From: Vitrella brassicaformis CCMP3155
Lineage: Eukaryota; Protista; Chromerida
Length of the DNA: 64,000 bases
Reading direction: 5' to 3'
NCBI GenBank assembly: GCA_001179505.1
Contig: CDMY01000242.1
Coordinates: forward strand, 62,001-126,000
The number at the start of each line of letters is the position of its first letter. The first letter of the stretch is position 1. Below are positions 48,290-64,000 of this stretch, piece after piece. Below the pieces are notes generated by a model, which worked only from the letters and a program-made list of their open reading frames with translations, ran no database searches and was not told where the DNA came from. Made by a program: the position numbers and the translations under genes.

Positions 48290-50897
48290 TTACTGCTTTG
48301 TCTTGACGTGTCTCTTGGCCCACGTGATCACGTGCTCGAAGAACTGGACTTGCGCAGAAGTCCCGCAAGGAGGCACCATCTTGATGCCGTTCTTGTCCAT
48401 CAGGGCGTGAGGGTCCTGGCAGAATTCCCTCCCCAAGTTGATGATGTTGGTGTCTTTGTTGTTTTTGCTCTTTGCGTGTGCGTTGATGGCCCCGTAGCAC
48501 GATATCCGGGGGTTGTTGATGAGGTTCCCCAGCTCTTCGTCTTTCATGGCGTTTTTCACCGCCTGCGTTGCACCGGTCATGTGTATGTCATGACACACAC
48601 CATGAGACAGACAAGTACATGCATGCACCATCCATTTTCACGGGTGGCTCACTTACTTCCCGCCGAGTTCCATCGCGTCCTCGCCTCTCCTGTATGTTCT
48701 GCAGGGGCACTCAGCGGACTGCGAAATAGGGCCTCCGGTGTGTGGCGCGCCAGGGAACAGGGCGTAAGAAAGGTCAATCTGCCCAGACAGATGTGCATGC
48801 AGGTATCAATCAATACGTTGTGTGTGTACGGATGCGCCCATCTTTGTGTCTCCTACGAGGGCGAGATCGCCGGCCTTTGGAGGATAGAAGCCCACCAGCT
48901 GCAACGGTCAATATGGGCGGACACGAGTGCCTCTGCTGCTCACTGAGAGACACGCCCCGGCCCACCGGCCCACCTGTTCTCCGCTTGGAGTCTTCAGCTT
49001 GACTGCATATCTGTTTGGGTCGTTCGCCGGCCCTCTCGCCCCCTTGCGAAAAAACAGCACGTTGCCGTCCTGACATGAATGCATAGACATACAGACACCC
49101 CGTCTCTGCCCTGTTCTGTGTCGTAGTCGTGTGAGTGTGCCTCTCGTACATGCATGTCGCAGTGGTGGAAGTTGACACTCTGCAGCTGCAGCCCGGCCTG
49201 AGCGTATGCCATCGCCAGATATGCACCCTGGGGAATCGTGTCTCCACTCTGAATCGAATGGAATCGACGCATGGCATTAATGCGACAATGCGTATGCGTG
49301 ATTAGGCCGGTCGCTCACATCTGAGATGGTGAGAGGGTTGTTGGCTTCGGCTGATGGCATCCCGCTTGTCAGTATACGGTATCTTATGGCATCCAGCTTC
49401 TCAAGCTCAGGAAATCTGACAAACACCAATAGCAGACACACACAGTACAGCAACATCGCACCTCGTCTCTTCTTCCTCACTTGTGAGCAGCTCCCCCTTG
49501 CCGCTCCGTCGGATCATATACACTCTTGGAACCCGTGGGAAGTTGCCTGAGGCATAGGCTGCGCCAATGGATTTGATGGCTGCGGGCCTGCCGGCGTCGG
49601 TGTCCGTGAGGATCTCCCAGAGCTTCTGGTAGTCTGCCATTCAGAGAAGGACCGTAGGGATGTGCTCGGTGTTGACATACGTGGGTTTAGACATATATGC
49701 ATCTGTGCGTGCACACTTCTCTTCTCGTCGTTGAGCGCCTTTCTCATTTGGGCGATCTTGTTTTTCCCTGTTGCGAGGTCGTTCTCGGACAGCTCTGCTC
49801 GCAACAAATGAGAGAGGCACAACACATGGGCGTACGATTGTGTGCTTGCTGTGTGCCGGCTGCGTGCCTACGAGTGGTCATCGATCGGTGGGCGTCTGAA
49901 TAGCTCATGGTGTAGGTGGTTCCTACATAATGCAGACAGATGCATTGCATGCACAGCGATCTCTCCAATTTGATTCGTTTATGACCTTTGGTCTTATTTC
50001 GGTACTCTCGAGACACACACAGCAGAGACACAATCAGAGAGAGGGAGACACAGCACCTCTGGGTTCTCCGTCCGTGTGTATGCGTGTGCTCACCTTTGTT
50101 CTCCCTTTTGAAGGTTGCATTGTCGCCCAGCACACCCTTGAGAGCCACCTCGACATCCTGCGCCACAACACCTCCCACAAGCGAGTACTTCTCCATCAGC
50201 GTATAGCCCGGTGTCCCTGCAGCAACAAAACCGCACACCCATTCCAGAAGGAGGAAACACGCGACGGAACTTCTCGTGTCTACGCACCATGCTTGAGGGT
50301 GCAGAAGAGGACGAAGCCAGAGGCGCCGGACAAGAACTGGATGTTGTGCCTTATCTTGTCGATGACGAGGGATATGGTGGATATTCTGTCTTTCTCCGCC
50401 TTCTTCCTCAGGGTGACCGTCATACTGGTCGCCAGAGCGGCACGATGTCTCTTCCAAAAGGGGTCGAGCGTCTTGGTGTCCGTGGCCATGTCTGCATGTG
50501 GAGAGCGAGAAGGGGAGAGAGACATGATGCGTGTGGGAGGCACACTGTCAGGCAGTCGGTGACTTACCCTGAATGTGACAAAGGACAAATTCCATCCTGT
50601 GAGGATGATCATCATATACAGCAACAAGGTGAGACATGACGCGAGCCCCAATCGTCTCTCTGTTTACCCGCAGATATCCTTGATGAATTCATCAAAGTGC
50701 TCGTCTGGGTGGAAGTACAGCTCCTCCTTTTTTTCGCCACTCGTCACACCAGCCCGGGCGGCCGAATGGTTCGCAGCACGCATCGACCACGAAGACCGGG
50801 TGAGGCGTAAGCTCATCTTTCTTCTCCGCAATGCCATGGCTGGAGAGAGGAGGGCGGCGGACAGGAAGAGAAGGAACTTCAAGACGAGGTGCGGCAT
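48290..50897 (-). CDS. Signal-peptide-bearing atypical protein-kinase-like protein
   Basis: Spliced motifs in kinase order: Gly loop SGASGFV (~50311-50331), VALK (50138-50149), catalytic FHHCDMH|DGNVLF (49150-49167 / 49061-49069), IDLSY (48767-48778). N-terminal MPHLVLKFLLFLSAALLSPAMA. Some internal junctions are uncertain. Confidence 0.72.
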
Positions 50898-51104
50898 TGA
50901 GGTGGTGGGATGACAGGAGATGGTCGCCTATGATTTTGATGGGTCAACTACCACAATGTGGGAGAGACGGGAAGGCGGGTCTTGGGGGCGTGGGGGGCGT
51001 CTGGCTCGCCGTCTTAGGGGAGTTCCCCATCCCGAAGATTATGTAATGAGCCCTCTTCTGTCCTCCCACGAGTAATGAGTTCGCCACCAGCTGGCTCTAC
51101 GGCA

Positions 51105-52141
51105 ATGCATCTGTCCGTCATCCTTCGCTTCACCGCCTTTTTGATGGCCGTCACACACTGCCATGCACTCTTCCCGCCGCCACTGCAAAGAGCCTCCAAC
51201 ACGACTCATCTTCACCCATATCGGCTCTCTCCTTCCCAGCGGACGGCCTTTGTGATGCTCGGCACGAGGAGGCGCCTGCACAGAGGGCCGTTCAAAGGCC
51301 GGGACCAAGGCATATTCCACCGGAGGCCTATTGTCGAGGGCGACACATTCAAGGACTGTAAGCTAGCCCTGTCCGCATGTGCCATATGAATGCATTGTGT
51401 GTTGTCTTCCTTGTGTTTTTGTGCCCGCAGGTGAGTACTACATGCCGAATAAGTGCGACCCCGAGTCCAGAGAGGCGCCATGCACGTAATGACGGACGGA
51501 TGGATCGATGGATGCCAGGCTATGTGGCAAAGCCCTTCCTCCCTCCTTCTCCCTATATGTCTCTCTCTGGATGCTTGTTTCAGCGCGTGTTGGTCGACGT
51601 GTGCAAAGACTGCCGACTGCAAGTCGCACATGGTGCTGTCCAACCCAAAGGAGTGGAAACTCGTACCAGACGCCAAATACGTGAGCCAAAACCAAACCAC
51701 CTCCAGGATGCACATGACATGCGGTTGCCCTCATCTCCATCCCCGTTATCATGCATGTTTCTCTCCATGCATCCATCAGTCGAAGACTTGCGGCAGTCCG
51801 TTCCAGAACAAGTTCCGCACTCTCTGCGTCACCGAGGCATGTGACCCAGAAAAGGACAACTGCGGGGTATGGCAGTGGATCCCCCCGACACAACACACAC
51901 ACACTGGACATCCACTCACTCGTCCACGAACACCTGTCTCTCCCTTGTTTAACAGGGCCCGGTGACTCGCGAGGCGCGCGAGAGGGAAGAGTCTGATGAG
52001 GAAGAAACGAAGGCAGTCAAGGAGAAGACAGCGGGGGGCAAGAAGAAGGAGGAGGGCTTCAACATGACACCCATCTACATCGGGGTGGGCGTGATCGTGA
52101 TCGTCTTCCTTGTTGGCGTCATCTTCCTCTTTAGAGGCTGA
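51105..52141 (+). CDS. Type I membrane protein with a small 8-Cys ectodomain
   Basis: Signal peptide MHLSVILRFTAFLMAVTHCHA; spliced CEYYMPNACWSTCAKTADCKSHMVLSNPKEWKLVPDAKYSKTCGSPFQNKFRTLCVTEACDPEKDNC; acidic stalk; TM PIYIGVGVIVIVFLVGVIFLF; RG*. Confidence 0.75.
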
Positions 52142-52276
52142 GCTGAGCTGACGGACATACATAGAGGCAGGCTATGTGTGATGTAGGGCATTATGCAGTC
52201 AGTAATCAATCAATGAGGAATCCTGTTTACGGTCCGTCTCGCTATATATGTTCATGGACACATCGATACACACGAA

Positions 52277-53585
52277 TCACGCATCGGGCTTGCTCGTGTC
52301 TGCATCGGGCACTGGGGGCTTCTCGGGCATGGCCATCAAGAAGGTCTGCTCACCTGACGCACACAAAAGAAAGAACACACATGCTTGCACGCGGCTGCGT
52401 GGCCCATGAATCCACCCACTCACCAAGAATGGGGTTGAATCCGGCGTGATTCCTGTAGGCTAGATTGGTCGCACGGACCTTCTCGCGATACTGCATACGG
52501 CCGGCCACAGAAAAGCATGCCGGACTGCTCTCTTTCGCCTGTGGGGAGTGCACTCGATCCACTCACTCACCTGCGCCATCAGGTCGGCATGCTGCAACCT
52601 CCGGCCCTCCTCACTTTGGTCATAACGCAATGTGACGATATCGAACGGCGCCCTGAGTTGAAATACGGACGCACACACGGGAATATTGTGGCCGTGTCTC
52701 CCTCCCTCTGTTGCTGTCTGCTGGGCTCACCCACCCCGATCTGTTTTTGAATGCCTTCTGTGAGTACATCTGCAGGTTCTGCACACGCTGCTTGTCACAC
52801 TGCACACAACGCAGACAGACAGACAGACAGACAGGCAACCCGCACGCACATGTGCAGCAAGCAGTGCGCATCCGTGAATTCGTATGTAGGTAGCTGTGTG
52901 TGCGGACGGACCTCTTCCCTCTCCTCCATCCGTCTCCATCTCTGCTCCTCGCGGCTTTCGCGGCTCATCCTGTCGCACAGCCATACATGTACGTACAATA
53001 CACTGGGGGGATGCCCTCATGTCCTCTCTCCCGGCTGGCTGCAGACAGACAGACAGCCTCACCGTACCGTCTGTTCTCGTGGAACTGGTCCCTCTTTCCT
53101 TGTTCCCTCTTCCTGTCCTCCCTCTCCAACTCGGCCACCTCAGCCGTGCGCACAAAACGATCAATGGCTGCACCGCACCAAACAGACGCATACAAATGGA
53201 CGGACGGAAGTATACAGACAACTGTACACACCCGCGCATTATATATCTGATGTGCCTGCCTGCCTGCCTACGGTTGGGCAGTGTTGGGTTCTTGGGGTCG
53301 TCTTTGATGGGCTGGATCAGATTGCCCGGGTCCTCATAACGATGAAAGCCGCCTGAAGACAGAGACAACATGAAGCAAGCGGCCGACCACCTGTCCATCC
53401 ATCCATAGTGTCTCACCTGTTCTGTTTCTGAGCCGTTCCTTCTCGAGGCTCTCTCTGTCGCGCAGAGCGTTCCGCTCCGCGCGAGTCCTGCAGGCAAGAG
53501 GGCAGTGCAGTGCAGTGCATGCAGACGTCCATGTGCTGTCCGTCTTTATGTCTGTCCATGTGTGCTCTTACCTCGGCTTGATCAT
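52277..53585 (-). CDS. Conserved coiled-coil hypothetical protein (possibly axonemal)
   Basis: Seven exons join in frame: MIKPRTRAERNALRDRESLEKERLRNR..IDRFVRT..REEQRWRRMEE..APFDIVTLRYDQSEEGRRLQHADL..YREKVRATNLAYRNHAGFNPILGE. Confidence 0.7.
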
Positions 53586-53852
53586 GGCAAAAACGACGAG
53601 TGGAGAGCAACGAGAGCAACTACGGAGAGCAACGCCCCTCGAGAGGCCCCAGCAGACAACCTTCGAACCGTCAGAGACCGTTCAAAGGCCGTTCGTATGT
53701 CCCTGTGCTATCCGTCGGTGCTGGCGGCCTCTGAAGCCTCTGATCCTCTTCATCAAGCCTCTGATATTTCCCCTCTGCGAGATAAGCTCGCAAAAGCGTG
53801 TGCGAGCTTCTGAAGAGCCGCGAAGAGCGCCTTTCCTTTTTCCTTTGACAAG

Positions 53853-57201
<3,349 letters not shown>

Positions 57202-58963
57202 CGTATTATCCATCCTTGGGGCTGTCGGGGCGCGTTTGTGAGTGTGTGTGTCTGTGTGTATGCCTGTATGTCCCGTAGGCAGTAGGTAGCGACCCGACCA
57301 CCAGCAGCCAGCCACATCACACCACACCACACCCCCAGCCGCCACACCTTGTGTGTGTTGTGCTCACTGACGATTTTCGTTCATTCCTTCCTCCATTATC
57401 CGCCATCTGTGCATCTATCCTCCGGTTTGGTTGTCATCGTGTGTGATACGTGCGCCTTGGTGCATCTCTGCTCGGTGTGCCCATCATCTTGGGGTAGTGG
57501 ACGGCCGTTTCGTTGCAGTGAGAGCTGCTGACGGGGCGCACGTCCACTGCTGGCGGATGATGGGCACTCAGGGCACCGCACACCCACAGACAGACAGACA
57601 GACAGACAGACAGGGTAAGCCAGGTTTGACGTATACATGCTTCACTTGCTGTGCCTTGCAAACGTATTCATCGGCTCAGGTGTGCTTGCTTGGTGCTTCG
57701 AGTACCGCCAGCAGACGGCCGGTTCACTGCCAGTCGATTGGTCCATGAACCTCACGTATGCTGGGGGTCGGCGGAAGCACGAGCAAACACACACACACGA
57801 GCCAGCCACACAGCAGACAGACAGCATTGACATCCCCTTGCACAGTTTTTTCGGTGCACGCGACGCCATGGAACGCAGTTTTGACGGCACGTGTGTGTGT
57901 TGGGTTGGGTTGGGTTGTTGTGTGTTTTCGTCCCGTTTTCGTTCCCTCTCTCCCTGTGCCTGCCTGCCTGCCTGCCTGAATGGCTGGCTGGCTGGCTGGC
58001 TGGATGGATGGATGGATGGATGGATTGGCGGTATTTGTGGTGGCCTCCTGACATACCAGCCCCTCGATGAGTGTGTGTCTGCCTCCGGTGCCCCGGTAAA
58101 TGTCGATATGATGCGGCCTGCCTGCTTGCTTACCTGACAATTACGGATGTGTGTGTGTATGTGTATGTGTGAGGGCATCTTATGGACGGATGTGTGTCTA
58201 TCTTGGTGGCTGCGGTTGTCCATCAGACATGGCACTGTGATGCACGGTCAGATCTCCCATGCGGATGATAGGATGCACGGCTCATTTCAGCTGTGCGTCC
58301 CTTCGTCTGCAACGGCGATCTCACCGGCATCACAGTGACTGCCAAGGACAGACCAATGAGACCATCGGCAATCAATCGCGTGATGCCCATGCATGCCCAT
58401 CCCAAGCAAACAGTTTCACCGTTTAACCCAACGCCTGAGAATCCGCAAAACCGTTGAGCGAGGAAGCGAGCTCACGAGAGATTTCGCTTCACCTTGCACG
58501 GCCGTGCATCCCTCCAGGCATCCCCACATCGCCTCGGCGGCTCGCCGATCCGCCTCGACGCCGCAGGAGCGCCTCCTTCTGATCGCTAATCGCAGGTGAG
58601 CGCAGGAGAGGGCGTGAGGGTGCCGCTGTGGGCTGCTGTGGGTGGCTGTGGCGTGTGGAGGGTGTGGCGTGGTCGAGGGGGGAGCCGTGTCTCTTCTGGC
58701 GTGGTGTCGGTTGTTGTGCGTTACTTGCCGTTTGGTGACGGTTGAGAGAGTCTCGGTTGGTTGACGCTGCTGAGCTCGGTTGTGTGTGTGCCTGGATGTG
58801 ATGTGTGTGCTGGGGAATGGGAGGCTCACCTGTGTTGTGTTGGTTTGGTGTCCTGTTAGGTGTGTGTTTCCTGTCTGTCAAGTTTCTTTGTTGGTTGCCG
58901 TTGGTTATCGTAGCTGCTTCGAGTTGATTGATTGAAGGAGAGTTGTTGTTGAGTTGAGAGGAG

Positions 58964-59545
58964 ATGAGTACCGGTCAGTCAGCTGACAGGCGCACACACC
59001 ACATATATATCGCCTGTCTGTCTGTCTGGATGTGGCCGTGTGTGTGTGTGTGCAGGTGAAGACCAGACGCCCGACAGTGACCACCATCACCTCCCTCTCC
59101 ACCCCCACCACCACCATGATGGTCTGCCGTTCCTGCCCAGCCAGCTCTCTATGATGCCTGACGGATACACCGGTAAGTAAAACACCACACCACGATCACA
59201 ATCACAATCACACACATCCGTTGTGCATCTTCTGTGTTGATGTGCGCCATGCACGCACCCACACACGCAGATCTGCCCCCGATTGCCGCGCCATCGCCGT
59301 CGCTCAGGTACTAGCGGGCACCGGACACGCACAGAATGCCTGTGACCACACAGATTGTGCATGTGGATGGCGTCCATCTCGTATAGGGACTTCACTCGTG
59401 GTGCGTGGACGGCCGAGGAGGATGCGACGCTGGCCGGACTCGTCCAGACCCTCGGGGCGCGCAAGTGGAGCGAGATCGCCAAACGAATGCCCGGTGCGGA
59501 CAAGGGAGCGTTTCTGCCTTTCAATGCATTGCTCCCATCCCTGGA

Positions 59546-59577
<32 letters not shown>

Positions 59578-62500
59578 GTCAGGTCGTATAGGCAAGCAGT
59601 GCCGTGAGCGTTGGCACAACCACCTCAACCCCAATGTCAAGAAGGAGCAGGTGCGCCAGGCAGCCAGCGAGAAGAAGCACATCCAGCCAGCCATCCAATC
59701 ATCCATCCTTTTCGTGTTCTGATGTCCGACTGGTTGCGTGTGTGTGTGTGGTGTGTATTGTATTGTATTGTATTGTGTGGTCAGTGGTCGGAGGAAGAGG
59801 ACGTCCACCTGATGGAGCTGCACGCCAGGCTCGGCAACAAATGGTACGGACGCCACACACACACACACACACAGACACGTGTGTGCGATGGATCTATGTG
59901 TGTGTGTGTGTGTGTGTATGCCTCGGTCGGGGATCCATCCACCAGGGCGGAGATATCGCGTCACTTCGACGGGCGCACCGACAACAATGTCAAGAACAGA
60001 TGGAACAGCACACTCAAGTAACCCCACACACACACCAGCACCCACACAAACACGCCCACGATTCTTTCTTGGCTCATCATCCACGCGTCCGTCGATGCGA
60101 TGCAGGCGTAAGGTGGCGTCGCTCTTCAACGATCCCGACAACCCCAAGCACTCCAGGGTCCGTCCATCCAGCCAGCCAGCAATCCAGCCATCCAGAGCAT
60201 CCAGACATCTCGTGTGGACACGTGTGTGTGTGTGTGTCTCATTTCAATCATCGTTCGTCGTTATCTGTCTGCAGGCGCTGCGTGAGGCCTGGCCCCGTGT
60301 GAAGGACCTCTATGAGGGACGGGTGAGCGTAGCGACCAGCCAACACCTGACCTGCACACCAACACACGTGACGTAGCAACATCCATCACGGTGCAATCAG
60401 TGCATTCATGTGTGTGTGTGTGAATGTCTGCAGGGCTGCACCGAGTCGTATTTCTCGGACTTCGTTGACCCGGCCAAAGGCGGCGCTGAACGGGCAGTCG
60501 TTCCCTCTGAGGTGCGCACTTTCATTCCCCTCCCCCACCCCCACCCTCCCCCGACCCTCTCCCTCTGTGTGTGCAGGGTCAGGGTCGTCCGCCGACGCGC
60601 CACCGCAACGCCAATCGCAAGAAGAAGCGCTCCGACGACAGTGACGAAGACGATGCCAGCAATAAGGGAGAGGTACGAGCACACTGACACAGAGAGGGGG
60701 AGGGAGACACACACATATGTGTGGATACGTCACGTCTTGTCTGGGCGTGCGCTGCAGGGTCTTCCGTCGCTGACGCTGCCGATCCCGTCAGTGCACTACG
60801 GTGGAGAGGAGGGCGGGGCACACGTGGCGAAGCGGCTGCAGAAGATGCAAGGAGTGGTACATGCATAACCAACCACCCCCTCTCCCCTCCACACAGCCGT
60901 CTGTGTGTCTGTCTGTGTCTGTCAGGCTGCGCATCCGTATGCTCAGTGGGGCAGCATGGTGCATCCGCCGTCGTCTGGTTCGTACGTCTTGTCTCCGGTG
61001 GCCCAGCAGAACGGCACGCCCACACCGCAGGGACACCCGTCACCATCCACTTACCACCCGTTCGCCGCCATGGTGAGTCGCCACGTGACGACAAGTGTTG
61101 TGTTATGCATGTGTGTGTGTGTGTGTGTGTGTTGCCTTGGTCAGCCGCCCCCTCTGCAGCACCAGGCGCTCATGGCTCTGCTCACCGGCCACTCGCTCTC
61201 CGCCGACACCAGCAAAGGAGGTGGGTATCCATTCACCCTTACACGCCTGCCCTGCCTGATGCACTCACCATTGATGGCGGTTCTGTGGCCCATTCGTTTA
61301 TGCAGCCGCGGCTCTGCCCCCCATCGACCCCGATGCCCTGGCGCAGGCCTACCACATGGTCCTCACTGGCACCACCCAGCAGCAGCAGCAGCAGCAGGCA
61401 GCTCCTGCGCCGGCGGCCGGGAGGAGCGGCGACGGACAGACACAGACACCGCAGGGGAAAGATGAGACGTACGTGCGGATGGACACACACGTGGATGGAG
61501 GGGGACGCGGGCATATGCGCTTGTGTGTGTGTGGTGCTATGTGTGTGTCAGGATGGGCGGCGCGGCTGCGAGTAGTAGTGTGGTTGTGAAGCAGGAGCCC
61601 GTTGACGATGATGTAAGAGAGTCCCCCACTGGAGAATCTTTCATCTTTCCTTCACACACTTTCACATGTATGTGTCTGCAGGTGGCTGCCCCTGCTGCCA
61701 CTGGTGCTGGTGCTGGTGGTGCCGCTGGGGGGGAGGGAGACAAGAAGGAGGAGGACAACAACGACGAGGACCAACAACCAAACAAGGACACACACAACAA
61801 CACCTCCTCGCCCCAGCAAAAGCAGCGCAAGATCCCCGCCGCCACCGCCGCCAACGACCAGCAGCAGGCACAGCAGGCAGAGCAGGCAGAGGACCACACC
61901 AACGAGGAGGAGCTTTCCGAGAGGGCCAAAATGATGAGAGGTACAGTACCACACACAGGCGCCAACCCACCCCCTCCCAAAGACCCACATTTGCTGTGTA
62001 CCATGTGTGTGTGCAGGAGGACTGCGTGGCGGCGCACGTGGTGGTGGTGCTGGTGGTGGTGTTGGGGGCAGTGGGGCCGGGGCGTCGGGGGACGGAGGTG
62101 CGTGTGAACAGATGGCCAACCGCCCACACACTTGTGTGTATCCCTCTGTGTGTGTGTGTGTGGACATGTATGGTAGTGTCGTATCCGGGGGAGGCGGCTG
62201 ACTCAGGTGGGTGTTGGGTGTTGCACATCCATCCATCCATCCATCCGTCCATCGGTATGTATGTGTGTGTGTTCAGCGACTGCTCATCTGAAGCAGCTGT
62301 TGCTTGCATTCGGCACCCAGTTCCTGCGGTCGGGCGAGGACACTCGGGCGCCATACACGCCGCCACACCTGCTCAAGAGTAGTGACGATGATTGGTCAGT
62401 CAGTGAGAAAGAGAGAGAGAGAGGAACAGGAGAAGTGCATCAAGCTCTGTGTGCGTGTGTCCCACCCTACACACACAGGTTTGTGCAGTATCTGAAGGAG

Positions 62501-63733
62501 CGCGGGATTCCTCCTCAATACGTTGCCATGGTACACACACACACATACACACACCTCCCACACACAAGCAGGCAGAACACACTAATACTTACTTCCACGG
62601 TATATATCTGTGTGTGTCTGGTGTGGCCCCACACAGCGTCCCCCGACGCCCAAGAAGCGGCCCGAGGCTCAGCAGCACAAGCAGGACAGCAGTGCTAAGG
62701 ACATACACAAGAAGCTCCTGAGGTGTGCACCAAACACACAACACACAAATCGATATCGGCGCATCCATGTGTAAAGACGTCTGTGTGCGTGTTGCCTTAG
62801 GTTGCTGATTGGCACGGCCAGCGAGGAGGACACCTACGAGAAGGTGCGTGTGTGTGTGTGTCTGTGCGCCAATATCCCTATGTGTGTGTGTGCGCGTGTG
62901 TGTGCAGGGTTCGCTGGAGGACACGGTCATGACGTCCATCCAGGAGCTCAACGGCAAAGTCAAAAAGGTCCGTCCACATCCTCTCTCTCTCCCTCCTCTC
63001 TAGACATACATAGTTCATTGTGTCTGTAAATGGTTGTGTCAATGTAATTAATGTGTGCAGAGCACAGGCAAGAAGAAGAAGGCCACCAAGAAGGCCGCCG
63101 CTTCCACCACACAGCAGAGGTAAATAGGGTACCCACAAATATTGTATACACACCCACCCGCGACAATGCCCACATACACGTGTGATGTGTGATGTGTGTG
63201 TGTGCAGGCGTTCGTCCAAGACCAAGAAGGGCAAGAAGCCACACCGGCAGCAGCAGCAGCAGCAGCAGGTGCGGCAGAAGGACGATGAGGAGATGGAGGC
63301 TTACATGGACGAGGGAGACGAGGTATGCACCACCCCAGCCCCACACCGACCGAGACACACACATTCTTGTACCTCCCTCCCCATGCTATGTCCTCACTCA
63401 TAGGTGGACCACGAGGTGGCCCAGCTGCTTCTCCAGATGCGCAACAACAGTAAGTACCACACACTGCACACACTGACGCCCACCTGGATGTGTGTGTGTG
63501 TGTGTGTGTCTGCAGGCAGTAGGGCCAACAGGCGAGGAGGCAGCAAGGACGCAGTCGAGGTGGGCGGTGAGCACGACACACACACATCCATCCATCCATC
63601 CATGAACGGAGACATCATGCGTGCGTGTGTGTGTGTGTGTGTGTGTGTGAAGGTTGAGGGGCCCGAGGAGGTGGGGAGTCAGCAGAATAAGGAGACGGTG
63701 CTGGTGGAGGACGACAGGCACCACGACGAATGA
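58964..63733 (+). CDS. R2R3-type Myb transcription factor with a long low-complexity C-terminal region
   Basis: Spliced RGAWTAEEDATLAGLVQTLGARKWSEIAKRMPGRIGKQCRERWHNHLNPNVKKEQWSEEEDVHLMELHARLGNKWAEISRHFDGRTDNNVKNRWNSTLK. Downstream exons are less certain. Confidence 0.9.
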
Positions 63734-64000
63734 CTCACTTCTCAAGTCACCGATTGGTTGACAGACAGATCCTCACGCGCACACACCACACCACCACATC
63801 ACATCACATCACATTGCACACACACACACGGGGAGGGGAAGGCAGACACAAACAGGTCCTCTCCACACCACACCACACACACGCGTACCCTCACACGTAA
63901 GCTCAGCTCGTTTATTGCATGCCACCCATCCACCCAGTGACCGATGTGATGGATGGATGGATTGACCGATTCATGTCTCCCTTCATGCCTTACTGGCGGA

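Noticed and set aside
57820-57890. IDIPLHSFFGARD as a thioesterase fragment
   Set aside because: Short match, no catalytic GxSxG nearby, and it falls inside an intron-like segment.

Overview
Eukaryotic genomic DNA, GC-rich and intron-dense, with (AC)n/(GT)n/(GACA)n/(GGAT)n microsatellites in most introns. Gene content includes plastid-targeted Obg and PsbX, flagellar DRC9, and an expanded BTB-TLDc family. By inference this points to a photosynthetic alveolate (chromerid, most likely Vitrella brassicaformis). About 22 multi-exon genes were reconstructed by hand from GT/GC-AG boundaries. Conserved genes: GAS2/GAR protein, DP transcription factor, Obg, PsbX, DRC9/IQCG, pinin, NADP-IDH and R2R3-Myb. 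Accessory material: (i) a ~4 kb inverted duplication carrying a head-to-head pair, BTB-TLDc gene plus secreted cystine-knot-like peptide precursor with hypervariable, exon-modular Cys repeats; (ii) a tandem retropepsin-like protein; (iii) a ~5.5 kb probable Helitron-like remnant with a 1305-aa ORF; (iv) a signal-peptide-bearing atypical kinase. Window-wide, introns are polarised (AC-type repeats 5', GT-type repeats 3'), suggesting structure-assisted splicing. Many ORF-track entries are artefacts of repeats or antisense frames. No rRNA, tRNA or CRISPR was recognised. All gene models and family calls are by eye, without database searches.
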